Below are positions 26,421-39,067 of a stretch of DNA of 64,000 nt, piece after piece. Source of the stretch: Haplodiscus bocki (Eukaryota); contig OZ296651.1 in NCBI GenBank assembly GCA_965655095.1, forward strand, positions 12,524,001 through 12,588,000, given 5' to 3'. The notes beneath the pieces are model-generated. The model was given only the letters and a program-made list of their open reading frames with translations, was not told the DNA's origin and made no database searches. Every line of letters starts with the position of its first letter. The first letter of the stretch is position 1. The position numbers and the translations under genes were made by a program.

Positions 26421-28929
26421 AACTCTGCTAGCTTGATTAGTGATAACACGCTTTGTAGTATTTTAGAGTCTTGTCATGCATTTCTACTCTTATTATCTTT
26501 TAATTTGAAAGTTGTTGGTTTTGTTCTGCTTTATTGAAAGGAAGTTTCATCAGTTTTGTTAGTGATTGGGCCAGAGTTGAGAGAAACTATGTTTCGAGGA
26601 CATTATCTGATGGTTTGCGTCTCCAGCTGCTAACCGAAAAAACCTAAGTGTTAAATATTCTGTGGCTGAATGTTTCTGAGAACCAGAAATCGAAACACGG
26701 TTATAAAAATTTTGGAAGTCGTGTGTTAGTAAAAAGCCAGGTGTTCATCCATCTATGGGAGCGCTTTTCTTTTTTCGTTAAGGACAACGTTTTTGAAATA
26801 TGAATGACCATTGTACTCGTTCCACCATTTTTTCTCTGTACATTGATCACTCCCAGCTAGCAGCCGTTTATGGAAACATTTCCCAAATCTGGTACCCGTG
26901 ACCCAGCTTGCAAATCCTGATTGGTCACTAAAAGTTCCTTTTACGGTAGAAAATCGTAGTCCCCACCCATAAAGGTTACGTTAATTGGACGCACTTAAGC
27001 CAAGTCTTGTTTTGTTTGAGAATTACGTGAGAAGCCAACCTGGTTGCAGCAACGATGGCTGTTGTTACAATACGAGCAAAACCCAATTTCTATTCAGTTT
27101 TTTCACATAAAAAATTGTTCAAGTCCGCAAATCGCTGTGGAGAAATATAGTTGCTGAAAATTATTGCGTGTAGATCCATACTTTGAAATACTGATTCTTA
27201 CATGGTCGCCTTTAGCATACACTCATTGAGTTAAGTTGAGGAGTCCTACTACAACGTGTAGAACTTCACGGTCAATGGGAATGTGTGTACAAAGAAAGGA
27301 CATCTTTTCCATATCGTACAGATAGCTGTAATTTTCAGCCAACTCTTTAGATGATTTGAACGAAGGCCTAGTTTACCAGAAGAGATTATTCAGAAATTAT
27401 TTCTAGAAGCACATCTACTCAACTCCGAAAAGACGATAACTTATAAAGGGAAGGCTGACAGGTTGGTTGCAATGCATCACTATTATAAATGAATGTAAAC
27501 ATCAAAAAGTGTCCTGGTGACTGATTGAATGATTTTTTGACCAAGTTGGTGACTTTGATGGTTATTTAGTGTAGTTCTTTATTAAAAGTTCAAATCACTT
27601 CTGTTTTTGGAAGACTTAGGACCTCAAAAATTAGTCTCAACAGCTAACTCGTAGAGATTGGTCTGATAACTAAACTTTATGTTCTATTTTCGAAAAAATC
27701 TTTAAAGCTGGCTGCTATTTAATTCTTTTTGCAATCCTAAATTTAGCAAATTTCTTTTTTGTTTTGAGTCTACCGCACGCAATCACTTGCGTTCTAACAT
27801 GTTTTGAGGCACCTATCGGCAAAAATGAAATTCCGGTCTTTCCGATTTTGTGGCTAAAACTACTTCAAACCATCGCCCACTTTCACACAAGTACTGTCGG
27901 CATTAAATAAGATTCAAATAAAGAGCAAGGGTAAGAGTGGTCAGTTCGTTTTTCGGCCAAATAAACTTGCCCCCGAGTAACACGTTAGTCACTGTGCCTA
28001 TATGCCAATTGAATTTCAAACTAGGATTCGCATAACAAAAATTTTGTACGCTTGCCTGATTGGAAATCACCAGATTTAGGCAGCCATTCCACAAACAAAC
28101 GGCTGAAAACACACTTTCCTGTTGTCTTCCAAAACGTTTTAGCGGTGTGCTACATTAGTGCAGACACCGTGGCTGAATGTTGTGCATTGAAACCAATTTT
28201 CTCTGTCAAATTAATGATTCTTCCCCGCAAAAACTATGTTTCATTGTCATGTTGCAACGCAAAACTCTGTATTTTCAGTTATTTAGTCGGAAACAACCGC
28301 AAAAAATACCTTGGATTAAATATTCAGACCGGTTTTTGAGACAAAACGGAAAAATTTTACGCAAATTCGAAGATTTTTTTGTCCACCAGTTGACCTCTAT
28401 GTCTGTGTTCAGAAATTTAGGACCTTGAATCAGTCACTTTTGCTTATCAAAGACCTTTTAAATCACAATTTACCTTCTTGCATCTTTCAGCTTGTGTTCT
28501 TTTTGTTTTATGCGAGTACTAGAAACAGGACAGGTTTTGGTTAACATCAGAACAAAAGTTGCGACAGTAACCACTGTATCATTTGGTTCAAGGAAGTCCA
28601 CTTTATCTCAACGTAAAGTGTGTCAAAAGACAAAATTAGCAATAAAACTGCAGGTGCTTGTGATGAGTAATTGGGTAATTCATGTTTGTACTCTCCCAAA
28701 TTAAATTGACTGTCGGAAGACAAATATAGTATTAATAATTATCAAAAGTTAAAATCAACACTAATAAACGGAATTGTCACCAGAATCTGATAATTTTACG
28801 TTGCCAACGTTTATTAGCATGGCCATGGAGTATCGATAGACGTGACAATTACGCCCAGGTGTCATATTATTCCCGCCTATTTCCTAAAATTAGAGCTTAC
28901 TTCAAAAAACAACCGCCCAAATAAATTAA

Positions 28930-29289
28930 CCGCGGGTTCTCAAAAAAAACTTCGAAAAAATTTCTAAAAAGGCCTCACAGTGCAGAAAACGAACCCTATC
29001 TAGGCTGGGCTTTTTGACTAAAACGGGCAGACCCCTATCTCAATACTTTGTCCCGGCCTTTGTACAATTATTCGGCTGCCCATCTCTCTGCTTTCCTTAT
29101 CTTAATACATTGTTCCCGCATCTTAATACATTGCCGAAGCCACACCGTACCTTAATACAATTTTATCGATAGGTTATCCTAAAACATAGATGGTAGACCG
29201 AAATCAAGATCCAAGGTCTCTATTTTATCAGAATACCCGGTAGGTTCTTGGAAGCCACTCATATCCGACAAACTCACTCTCTCACTACC
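28930..29289. repeat. Right terminal inverted repeat of the Polinton-like element
   Basis: Reverse-complement match to 6488-6830. Contains three CTTAATACA motifs (29101-29160) and ends in ACTCACTCTCTCACTACC. Confidence 0.75.
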
Positions 29290-29400
29290 TAAACATATGG
29301 AGTTATGTTTATCGGATTGTTGTGAAAATTGCAGAAATTTTTAAAGCGGCCTTTCAGTAAAAGGTGCAGAGTATTAAAAGAAGTTTACGATAGAAGTACA
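29290..29400 (+). pseudogene. Continuation of the interrupted LINE ORF1 (third zinc knuckle)
   Basis: 'CENCRNF*...SKRCRVL' at ~29320-29380 fits C.NC...H.A.SK.C, the knuckle expected after the CAICG knuckle at ~6415. Confidence 0.5.
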
Positions 29401-29799
29401 CAAAAATACGATAGCACCTACTTCTTCTGAAATTGCATTAATGCAAGTCAAACTCACAGGAGTTTTCTTCAAAGATGCTTAGCCCAAGATCACTCCGGAA
29501 GGGAAAACAAAACAGAGAATTTAGCTGTGTCCGAATATCATGCTCCAGTTTCTGGTTCCAACTCTAGAACGTTTAAGGTTCAACAGCCACAAAATACGGT
29601 ACAGATCTGATCCTAATCAAAAAAATGAAGTATCATGCAGTCGAAGAGCTTTTCAATGAAGAGTTGGATGTACGCATTACGGTTTATAAAACAGATTTTG
29701 AAAATTGTTTAGACGGCGCTAGATTTAAACCAGTCTGGAATCACGGAAGTTTTGATTGTTAAAGAAAAAGCTGCAGTCTTGCTCAAAAACTTTCTGAGA

Positions 29800-31700
29800 A
29801 AATGAAAAAAGGAAAGGCCCAAAGATTTCGAAAATTTCCAATGTACGGCTTTTTGCCTGTGGTGATGAACCTTCCAAAAGTTTTGGCGAGTCTTTCTTCT
29901 TTATCTGATGCGAAAAATGTTGTCTTGTTATATACACAAACGAACTATCGAGTTTTAGCTATTTCAGAGAGTGAATTGATTTATCTGACTTTCTTGATGA
30001 GAAAAAAACTTAACATTTCACTGATGCCCCAAATGTTGGCCAATGGCGGGCTTGTTTTAGTTTGCATGTTTTAAAGCCTTGAAAGTTCACGCCAAGACTG
30101 CTGGACTATAGTGAAGTAGAATGAAAATTTTTCTTCATCCGGAACTGAACAAAAAACCTCAGTCTTAAAACTTTCAATCATTGAAAAACAAAAATCAGGA
30201 TTGTAGCAAAACGATACACACGAAAACGAAAATTAGTCATATCAAATCGTGCTGGAAGATAAGACTCAACGCTTTATCACTGCAAATCAAAAAGGCCCGC
30301 CGAAAGGACAGAACCAATTTGCTCCACAAAATAAAGTGAACTTAAAAACATTGGAAAAGGAATGAAAAGGTGAAGCTACTGAGAAAAATTACCCTTGGAC
30401 GGATAAAACATTCAGTTAAGATAGTGAAAAGACCTCCGACAAAGTTTTAGAGTGTGAAAGGCTCGCATCATTATAAAAAGGAAGTAACTGTACCCATGCT
30501 AAAAATAGCAAAGGAAGAGTCAACGCCGGCAACGGAAATGGTTGAGGAATTTTCCGTTCAAGGTGGCCACCTGATGTGCAGAAACTTTGTCAGAAATCTC
30601 CCCACTGAAGCAAAACCAGAAGTCAGCGTGGCTCTAGGAACGACTAGGCGTAATGTTGAACAGGTAGCAATGTTAGGTGCTGGCTACATGTAAAAAAGCA
30701 ATCACTATTGGAGAACCAGACAAATCAGAAAAATGATCGAAACAAGCTCATTCACCCTAAAATCTGGCATTCCTTCCTGAAAAGACCGTAAAATATTCCA
30801 ATTTGTGCCTGTCCTTGGATCATCTAAGTATTTGCTCTGAAGTTTGTCTTTGGTTTTTCAAGCAGATGTGAGAGCTCTTCTGGAAGAACCCGGAAACGTT
30901 CCGTCAAGCCATTCCGCTTATTGTTGCATCAGTTTAGCATTGCATGCAGGTAAGTTGTGGGACCAAATGTTCGTTGAAAGTGCTAGAAAATTGAATGTCG
31001 TGAAAATTGAAGTCGAAATGTATTGTTCCAAGAAATATCGCTTCACCTTGAACTGTCTTCAGAAATCAATATACAAGTAGAAACTGAACATTAAAACAAC
31101 ACCCCTTCCATGTATTGCAACTTTTTTTCATCAAAAGAAAACGTTGGATTCCATTGATCCTCATCGTCTTTTGCACTGCCTATTGGAATGACTTCTTAGG
31201 GTCAGAAGTTCTCCGTTGAATGAAGATCTCATTGAACCATGAAAAGTTAGCATCAGATGAAACATTATCCCTTAAATCTCCTTCAACCAGTTCAATGGCG
31301 TTCTAGATGGTGGCGTTGTATGGAATAAATTTTTCATCATTGTTCTCAAGTCTTTCTTCGGAAAAGAATAATGGAAAAACAGTGCAGTTGATATTACCAG
31401 CCTCTGGAGACCCAGTGAATCAAACCAAAGCTGTTAAACTCCGAAGAATTTCGCACAAAGTGGTGATTTGTGGATAACGACAAAAAAACTGAGCATATGT
31501 TGTTCAGTATTCAGAAGACAGGCAATCGAAAACAAACTACTGTTATTTCCAATGCTCTGGGAGCTTGATTGGATCAAAACAAGAGTTCCAAAACAACGTT
31601 GATCAGATGATAGCTCAGAATGTTTTAGACCGGAGAAACTTCGAAGGTCTCCCTAAGAAAGCAATCAAGCCAGATAAATGACTGAAACTTTTCAACAACT
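29800..31700 (+). mobile_element. Decayed non-LTR retrotransposon (PHD/zinc-knuckle ORF1 and start of AP endonuclease)
   Basis: 'CGDE...FFI*CEKC...FH*CPKC' is PHD-like (29855-30040). Knuckle-like 'LCLSLDHLSIC' (~30805). Endonuclease-like 'GGVV' (~31310) and 'VVICG*' (~31465). Heavily degraded. Confidence 0.4.
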
Positions 31701-31767
31701 CTAAAAAATGTTTTATATAATTAATTATTTGTATATGCATATATAAATTTTTATATTTGTGAATTTT

Positions 31768-31967
31768 NNNNNNNNNNNNNNNNNNNNNNNNNNNNNNNNN
31801 NNNNNNNNNNNNNNNNNNNNNNNNNNNNNNNNNNNNNNNNNNNNNNNNNNNNNNNNNNNNNNNNNNNNNNNNNNNNNNNNNNNNNNNNNNNNNNNNNNNN
31901 NNNNNNNNNNNNNNNNNNNNNNNNNNNNNNNNNNNNNNNNNNNNNNNNNNNNNNNNNNNNNNNNNNN
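31768..31967. other. Assembly gap (200 N)
   Basis: Run of exactly 200 N. Confidence 1.
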
Positions 31968-31999
31968 GAAGTTTTTTCGATCGCAGTTAATTTGTTTCG

Positions 32000-33800
32000 A
32001 TGCAACTTCAATCCAAGTTTACTTAAAACTGAATTGTCTGTTGGAGAGTGCAGAGAAAACCAAGTCATCCGTTCCAAGTACAATAAAAATTTTATGTTTA
32101 AGAATTTTTCTCCAGTTAACTTTTCTCCACCAGAGACTAGTTTTTCAGGAAACGTGTTTAGAAATCTTTTTTCTGTAGTCCGTGATCGCTCCTTGAATAT
32201 AGAACTTTTGGACGAGGATTTCAGTGTTTGTCAAGGTTTTTCCCGATTTTCTAGGTTTGTATGTAGAGGCGATGATGAATTGACAGAAAGTCTTAGTGAT
32301 TTTTGTTTGAGGAACAATCGAAGGATCAATGGAATTCTAACTCGTAATTGCTGACACGACTTGGCAGTGTAGATAGATTCAAAATAAGGTCTCAAAGTTG
32401 ACTGTGGAATGAAAAGTGGCAAAAGATTTTTGAATATACTGGACAGAATTATAGTATCTTACTGAGATCAGTTGCGACTTTTGACTTTTATCCAAAGATT
32501 TTGGTGCGAACAAACAGAAAAATGCTGGAAAGCAAAATCATGGGAATGCAGGTAAAGCAAAAACGACACTCGCAATTTTTTCTCTCCTGCAAAGAAAATG
32601 AAAAAAGTTTGTTGACCTCGAATCGGGGTTTTTTTCATAGATCTTTGATATCGTTGACTAAATGCAAAGACGATAGATCCATAAAGTCAGTAGTTTTTTT
32701 CATGAAACAAAACTAGCGTTTCTCAACCTTAGTATTAACTGAAGAGTTGATTTTCATTTTTAGAACTTTTTACTTGTATGAGGTATATACTTCTGCAACC
32801 ATGACAATAAAAGATTCACTCAAGGAATTGTGTTTTTCGAAAGAGGCCTTAAGTTATTCAAAATTGTAATAGGTTACAAATTTGCTGTTGTAGGCGTATC
32901 AAACGATTGTAGTTCTTAACAATGGCCTTGCCACGTTAATTGTGATTTTTTGCAAAAAAAAGTCTGATAATGTTTTAAATTGGAAAAACTTAGACAATAT
33001 TTGGAGAAATATTTTTTTAAAAAGGTTTTCATCCTTTTGGAAGGCCTTTTTAACAGAACTGGAGGGCGACAAAGTGTGCCTGTGGTATCTGGCCATCTTT
33101 TTCCTCTCCCTTCGGTGCCTGATTTTGAGGCGGATCCCGATTGTATATGAATGATGTTTGAACAAATTAGTTCTGAGATGAGTCCACTACGAAATCATTT
33201 TCAACAAAAAAAGCCTTTGCACAGCTTCGAATAATAAAATGTTACCAGAGACTGTTCTCAGAAGATGGAAACGTTTACGATTATAAACGGAATCGTTGAC
33301 TCCTGAGACGTCTGAAAAGCGCCTCTATCTGCATCATACTTTTGATCGAGTTGAAAATTTCAGTCTTTGTTACGATATATATCTTTTTCGAGATCCGGCA
33401 GTGTTATAGGACAATCCAACTAGAACCGAAGTGTCACTAAAATCCTCTTGGACTGGATATCTCACTTAGTTTTTTTCTGATTTTCTTGTGAAGATAGTAG
33501 TTCCTTTTTAAAAGATGAATGTAAACATATTCTCGAACGCAGTCTTTGTTTTGCTCAAGTTTTGCGAACAATGGATTTTGGTCTTATGCAAAATGGAAAC
33601 CCATATCTGGCAATTGTTCTGCGATTGCAACATGTGAACAGATGAGTCTACACCATGTTGAAATGACGGCAGGGAAGCAATTGTCTTGCATCAGAAGGCC
33701 ATGAATTTTCAGCAACAACAGCCATTTCAGGGCAGGACTCTATCTTCTCGAGCCTTTCATTTATATTGTTTTTTGCAGTAGTTGAGTTGAGTTCAAGTAA
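32000..33800 (-). mobile_element. Possible decayed LINE (Cys-rich ORF1 end + endonuclease region)
   Basis: Cys-rich remnant at ~33600-33720 followed by weak AP-endonuclease-like segments. No intact motif. Confidence 0.25.
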
Positions 33801-33845
33801 TCGCTTAGAGAAATGAACCTTGGCCTAGATTTTCTTTTTTTAGCA

Positions 33846-34100
33846 TTAACATATCAATAAGGACTTCGTTCTGAAATCGGCATTTGTGATTGAAAACATT
33901 GAGGAGCCCGTGATCAAGTATGGACAGTCAGAAAAACGGGCCTCACTAGCAGAGACTCCTTGCAGTGTCAATAACGGTCCCATATATTGAAGAAAAGCCT
34001 CAAACTTCAGAGGAGGGAAGGATTTATAGATTAGGTTAAGGTAAAGCATATTACTACATCGACTTTTTAGAAAAGAATACCTTCTTTCCGGTACTTTTCA
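33846..34100 (-). pseudogene. Possible hAT transposase C-terminal dimerisation-domain fragment
   Basis: 'LLTLQGVSASEARFS' resembles the hAT LL++P.TS..ER.FS motif. Confidence 0.3.
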
Positions 34101-35129
34101 TAATCCCCTCTGTCAAAATCTGCTTGCTGGTTATTTCTTGCAGGGGTGGGGCCATTTTTTTGTTGGGGAGCTGCCAATTTCTATATTAAGCTTTTTCAGA
34201 GCCAGATTCGACGAAGTCAAAATTTCAAGTTTTGAATGTTGGTTTGTTACAATTGTCTCCTCTAGTAAAGACGAGTATATTACCAGTCTTCCAAACTTAT
34301 TTATGCTGTCATACTTTTGTTTCATAGTGAAATCTTTACTCTGAACACGGCTCGTATGATGCAATTCAGCTTTAATTCATTGATTTACAATCCTAGCTTG
34401 TCTCATTTATTTTTAATCTACAAATTCATTTTTTTAAAACTTGAAAAATCAGTCTGAAAGTTTTGGGATGAAAAGCACAGTTGAGGCTATTATCCACAAG
34501 TTTCACCTATTACTACCGCTCCCATAATTTAATCAAAGTTTCTTAAATTTTCCAGCCATCGAAAAACACGATTTTGAAAAAAGTTGTGGTACTTTTTGTC
34601 CAGCAAACACCATTACAATTGAAGTTTTGTAATTTTAACCGTTTTTGCGAACATAAATTCTGTAGCCTGTGGAAGCCAAGGGTTCAGAAGCCGTTGTAGT
34701 TGTGAAGCCGTTGTAGTTCAGAAGCCTAATTGTTGTGATAAACTTATTAAATAGTTTCTGGTAATGATAAATTTCGGGGCAGCCGTTGTGGCACTTGATG
34801 ATTAAGGTTGATTGTTGGAGCAAGTTCCCTACAAAAAGCGCTCCCAATTCCTATGTTCAATATCGTTCAAGTCGTCAAAGACTTAATTTCAAATTCAAAA
34901 CGAGAAAACAAATTCGAAACCAACGGATATAAAGAATTACATCAAGATCATACCTTGGAATTGCATTCGCTGGAAATTGTTCTTAATAACGGCTTTGACC
35001 TCAAAAGGCTTTTGTTGAAGAAACGGAAGACGAATAAGAAGCAACGAAAAGCGAAGCGAAGGAAACTTGAAAATCAAGAGCAAGACTGAAATCGAAAGTG
35101 AATTTTTGTAATTCTTGCACGGAGACTGG

Positions 35130-37370
35130 ATTTAAGTGTCCAGACCTTTGAGCAAAAAAATACCGTTGATACTCCATCCTTTCTTCACCCCCAACCATGA
35201 CCAATAATTGCGCTACCTGCAAGAAGGCCATTAATGCTAATACCAAAAAGTACGTCTGTGTATCGTGCAATGTGCACTTGCATCTCGAACCGAGCTTCAC
35301 AGGGCTCTCTCCAGTGGCAGTCAGTAGCATCATGGAGCTGGGACAGCTTGCAATGCTACTCTGCAACAACTGTGTGAGCATTAATGAACGCGATAACTAT
35401 AAGATGCCGATCAATTGAGAGAATGAACGAGAAAATAAAAGCAGAAACGCACGGAATTAATGAACGTTTTCAGAAAATGGAGACACGATTAACAGCATGT
35501 GTGGACGGAAAAGTAGACATGTCATCAAAGCAACATGAGAGAAAGTGGACAAAAGCTATGCTGAAGTCTTGGCCTTTCAGCCAAAAGAAACAAGCAACCC
35601 CCATACTCGGGCACCAACGAGAACGATGTCTGATATAGATCTCAACATCCGAAAGAGTGTAACAATTCAAGGGGTACCAGAAGACCCTGAGAAATAAAGC
35701 TGAAAATCTTGTCCCCACGATCGACGCGGTGAACAGGTTACTTGAAGGAATGTGCGTGACGTCCCACATAACTGAACTACGACGACTTGGGTCTTAGCAA
35801 AGGCATGTGAAAGAAGACATGATCTGAAGGACAAAGGTATTTTTGTGCTGCCGGCTTTCTTTAAAGAAGATTCAAGAAATGAAAACTTGTGCCTCAAAAA
35901 ACGACCTCAACTTCTCGAGCAAAATGTGCCGCGTGAAAAATTCAAGACTCGCAATCTAGAGCTCTACAACGACGGAGTCAAGGTGGCCCTTGAGGACCCG
36001 GTCAACGAAAGCTGACTAGGGTTTCTGAACGTTCTCCAAATGAATGCCGGAAGTCTCGTCATCTTTGATCGGAGAATGAAGTTCGCAAACGCCATAACAC
36101 TTTCTGACTATGACGTTGTTTGTTTTTCCGAGACCTGGTTAAACGAAAACATAGAGTAAGCTGAAATGCTTCTACAATACTAGACTTTATACCACTCAGA
36201 CGGAAAACTAAAAAAAGATATGAACATCCATGGTGGTGTTATGGTAGCAATGAAGAACCGCGTCAACTCTGAACTGCTAAAAACTGATCAACCTGACTGC
36301 TCACTGACTTTCAAGCTCACTGACTTTCACAAGACAGCTAAAAGAATCAGTGCCATGTTGCACATTATCTGGAGGAACATAAAACGTCTCCGAAAGTAAC
36401 CAAAAAACTGTGAAATTGCCGCTATCACGCCAATTTTCAAGAAAGGCGGTAAAAGACTGGTGGACAACTAACGGCCCGTTTCGCTGCTTTACATACACAG
36501 GAAATTTTTTGAGAAATGTTTATATAGAGTCTTGTTCGACCATTTCGTGAAGTTCCTGACCAAGCACCTGCATGGCTTTGTCCGGAAAAGATCAGTGACG
36601 ACAAACATACTGACTTTCCTCCAAAAAATCCACGAGGCATTAGACAGAAACTCAAATGATGACATAACCATTATTTATTCTGACTTCTCGAAAGCATTCG
36701 ATAAAGTGCCGCACAAAAAGCTTCCACAAAAATTGAGCCAAATGTGAGTAGGAGGCTGCCTTCTAGATGTACTCTATGATTATCTGGAAGATAGGAAGCA
36801 GTTCGTCCGAGCAGACAACACCAGCTCCAAGGTTCTATCAATAACCAGTGGAGTTCCGCAAGGGTCTTTGCTAGGACCGCTATTGTTCTGTATTTTCAAC
36901 AACGATTTAGCAGTCCTTCGTTTTTGTGAACCCTCTGTTTGCGGATGATTCTAGCAAAATATTAGCAATCGGTCACAGTCAAAGTGACGTTCAAATTGAC
37001 ATCGGTGCAATCGACTCTTGGGTTAGAACAAACCACATGGAACTGGCAATTGATAAGTGTTCAGCGCTGAAAATTCGAGGAACAGAAAAGGAATTCCACC
37101 TCGCTGGAAAACCTTTAAAGACTGACAGTGAGGTTAAGGATCTTGGAATAACTGTTGGTATAAACGGTTCATGGACAGCTCACATAAATGACAGACTGAA
37201 AAAAGCTAATCGAGTTTGCTTTAGTATCAGGAGAAATGTAGCATTCAAAGTGAATACTTTGATTAAACTCGGATTATACAAATCAGTTATACTACCGATC
37301 CTGCTCTATGGACTCAATTGCTTAACACTAGCCAAATGTGACTTTCAAAGTCTGGAAAAAATTTGTCCAG
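35130..37370 (+). mobile_element. CR1/L2-group LINE remnant: PHD-type ORF1, AP endonuclease (internally deleted) and reverse transcriptase
   Basis: ORF1 'CATCKK...CVSCNVHLH...LLCNNC' and 'TIQGVPED'. EN 'QMNAGSL...DVVCFSETWL...HGGVMVA'. After a deletion at ~36330, RT reads 'PIFKKG...RPVSLL...HGF...DFSKAFDKVPH...SGVPQGSLLGPLLF...LFADD...KDLGI'. Stops and frameshifts are present. Confidence 0.9.
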
Positions 37371-37449
37371 GAAGACCGAAGGTCCAAAAATTCTTCCTAA
37401 TTTATATCTGTGGTAGTCGATCTATATACGGTATAAACGGTAATTCTTG

Positions 37450-37601
37450 GTACGTGTTGGAAAACCTTAGTGGACGTCTGTTAGTGCGGTCAAAAATTTT
37501 CATAAAAGAACAAACTTCGTATTCATGCTGAGTTCTTCAATCTTAAAAAATGAACTAAGTATCTTAGTAGTCAGATTTTTCTAATAAATTTTTTCTTTCA
37601 G
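37450..37601 (+). other. Putative 5'-UTR intron / splice acceptor of the MFS gene
   Basis: GTACGT at 37450; branch-like CTAAT at 37581; TTTTTTCTTTCAG ending at 37601. The acceptor is well supported; the donor is a guess. Confidence 0.45.
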
Positions 37602-37690
37602 ATGAAGCGTCATTGTAGAAGCTCAGTTATGTAGTCCTAGCTACAGTGGTTATTTAATCCTTTTAATGGGAAGTAAAAATTCGTGAAACA

Positions 37691-39067
37691 ATGGCTCGAC
37701 GAATTCCCAGAAACACGCTGCTAATTTCTTTTGGCTTTGTATTTGTTTACAGTGCCTTCGACAGTCTTACCGACATAGAGGAAGCTATTATTGAAGGTTA
37801 CAAAAAGGATGGTCATAATTTCGCAGGTTCAGGATACTATGTATTGGCAGCATTCAACATTGCTTTTGCTGTTTTTGCTTTTACTGTTCCTTTAATCATA
37901 GACCTGATAGGTTTTAAAAAGTCGCTCCTCATATCAGCACTAATTTTTCTTCTATTTATGGCTTCGAATATAGTACCCATCGACTTTGTTGTGTATCCTT
38001 TTGCATGTCTTTGTGGTCTCTGCACAAGTTTGTTGTGGTCTTCGGGATTTGCGGTGTTGTCTGCGTCTTGCGAACGTCAAGATGTTGCATTAAATGCGAC
38101 AATTTTTTACTGGTCTGCTCAGTTTAGTTACTGTGCAGGAAGTCTTTACATCTTCTTAGTGACTTATTTTTCTCCAACTACTTCGGATTATGTGACGAAG
38201 CGAGACAGAATTCTTTTTACATGCGGCTTCACTATCTTTTCATCATTTTCCTTCATCTTGTTTCATTTTGTAAAAGTTCCAACAGAGAGGCTTTTGTCAT
38301 CTGATTTAAAAACTAGCGTCTCCACTTCTTTACAAGATGCCAAAAACAATGTTTTATCCTTGGTAAAGAACTTGAACTTTTCTGCCATCTTTCTGATATT
38401 TCTATTCACTGGAATTAGCCAGAGTTTCATGACAGGAGTTTACAGTTCTTGTATGATTCATACTTTAGATTTCAACAAAAATGATATTGATGCAAAATCA
38501 ATGGTCGGTCTTAGCGGCCTGTTGTTAGGAGCTGGAGAAATTGTATCAGGTTGTGTCAAAACTTTGCTGCTATGGAGGACTCAATCTCCAAGAGTTCGAG
38601 AGATGTTATGTTTACTTGCCTATACTGTATTTAACACTTCTCATTATCTTATTTATATCAACTTGAAAGACAATTCTCCCTATGAAAACACACATGGTTC
38701 AACTTTATTTGCCACTCCCAATCCATATTTGGCAGTGACGTGTTCCTTCCTGATCGGATTGGCCGATTTTGTCTACCAATCAGAGCTGTTTGCAATTATT
38801 GGAGAAGTATCTGGCAGTAATGAGAAAAAAGCAGCCGTTGCGACCATGTTTTACAGCTTTCTCCAAGGTGTTGGTGGAATGTCGGGTTTTATCTACGCTG
38901 GTAACTCAGGTTTGATGTTTCAGTTGGCGGTTTTGGTAGTCATCAATTTCTTCTGTATTCTAATTTTCATTCTCAGAGATAAATCTAGAAGTGAAGGACC
39001 TTTCAGACCCGGACACACATTTGCAAATGAAGAAGGTGGCGTTGAATACAGCCCCTTCTCTGATTAA
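37691..39067 (+). CDS. MFSD11: UNC-93-like major facilitator superfamily membrane protein (MFSD11-like), 458 aa, single coding exon
   Basis: The only long intact ORF, with ~12 hydrophobic segments. MFSD11-like motifs: 'GSGYY', 'LCGLCTSLLWS', 'AKSMVGLSGLLLGAGEIVSG', 'CSFLIGLAD'. Confidence 0.88.
   Translation: MARRIPRNTLLISFGFVFVYSAFDSLTDIEEAIIEGYKKDGHNFAGSGYYVLAAFNIAFAVFAFTVPLIIDLIGFKKSLLISALIFLLFMASNIVPIDFVVYPFACLCGLCTSLLWSSGFAVLSASCERQDVALNATIFYWSAQFSYCAGSLYIFLVTYFSPTTSDYVTKRDRILFTCGFTIFSSFSFILFHFVKVPTERLLSSDLKTSVSTSLQDAKNNVLSLVKNLNFSAIFLIFLFTGISQSFMTGVYSSCMIHTLDFNKNDIDAKSMVGLSGLLLGAGEIVSGCVKTLLLWRTQSPRVREMLCLLAYTVFNTSHYLIYINLKDNSPYENTHGSTLFATPNPYLAVTCSFLIGLADFVYQSELFAIIGEVSGSNEKKAAVATMFYSFLQGVGGMSGFIYAGNSGLMFQLAVLVVINFFCILIFILRDKSRSEGPFRPGHTFANEEGGVEYSPFSD

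Larger units (their letters stand above)
6488..29289 (-). mobile_element. Polinton/Maverick-like endogenous virus (decayed, internally deleted and internally amplified)
   Basis: Inverted terminal repeats at both ends. Co-oriented remnants of packaging ATPase, rve integrase, minor and major capsid proteins and adenain protease. AG-rich terminus (reverse complement AGTGAGAGAGTGAGT ending at 29286). Candidate 6-bp TSD TAAAAA/TAAACA. Confidence 0.8.

Noticed and set aside
31751-32178. ORFs of 110 and 139 aa in the track
   Set aside because: They run through the 200-N gap and are artefacts.
36926-37531. 201-aa ORF as a functional gene or LINE-MFS fusion
   Set aside because: It is the RT tail of a broken LINE reading through into flank. 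Stops separate it from the MFS ORF.
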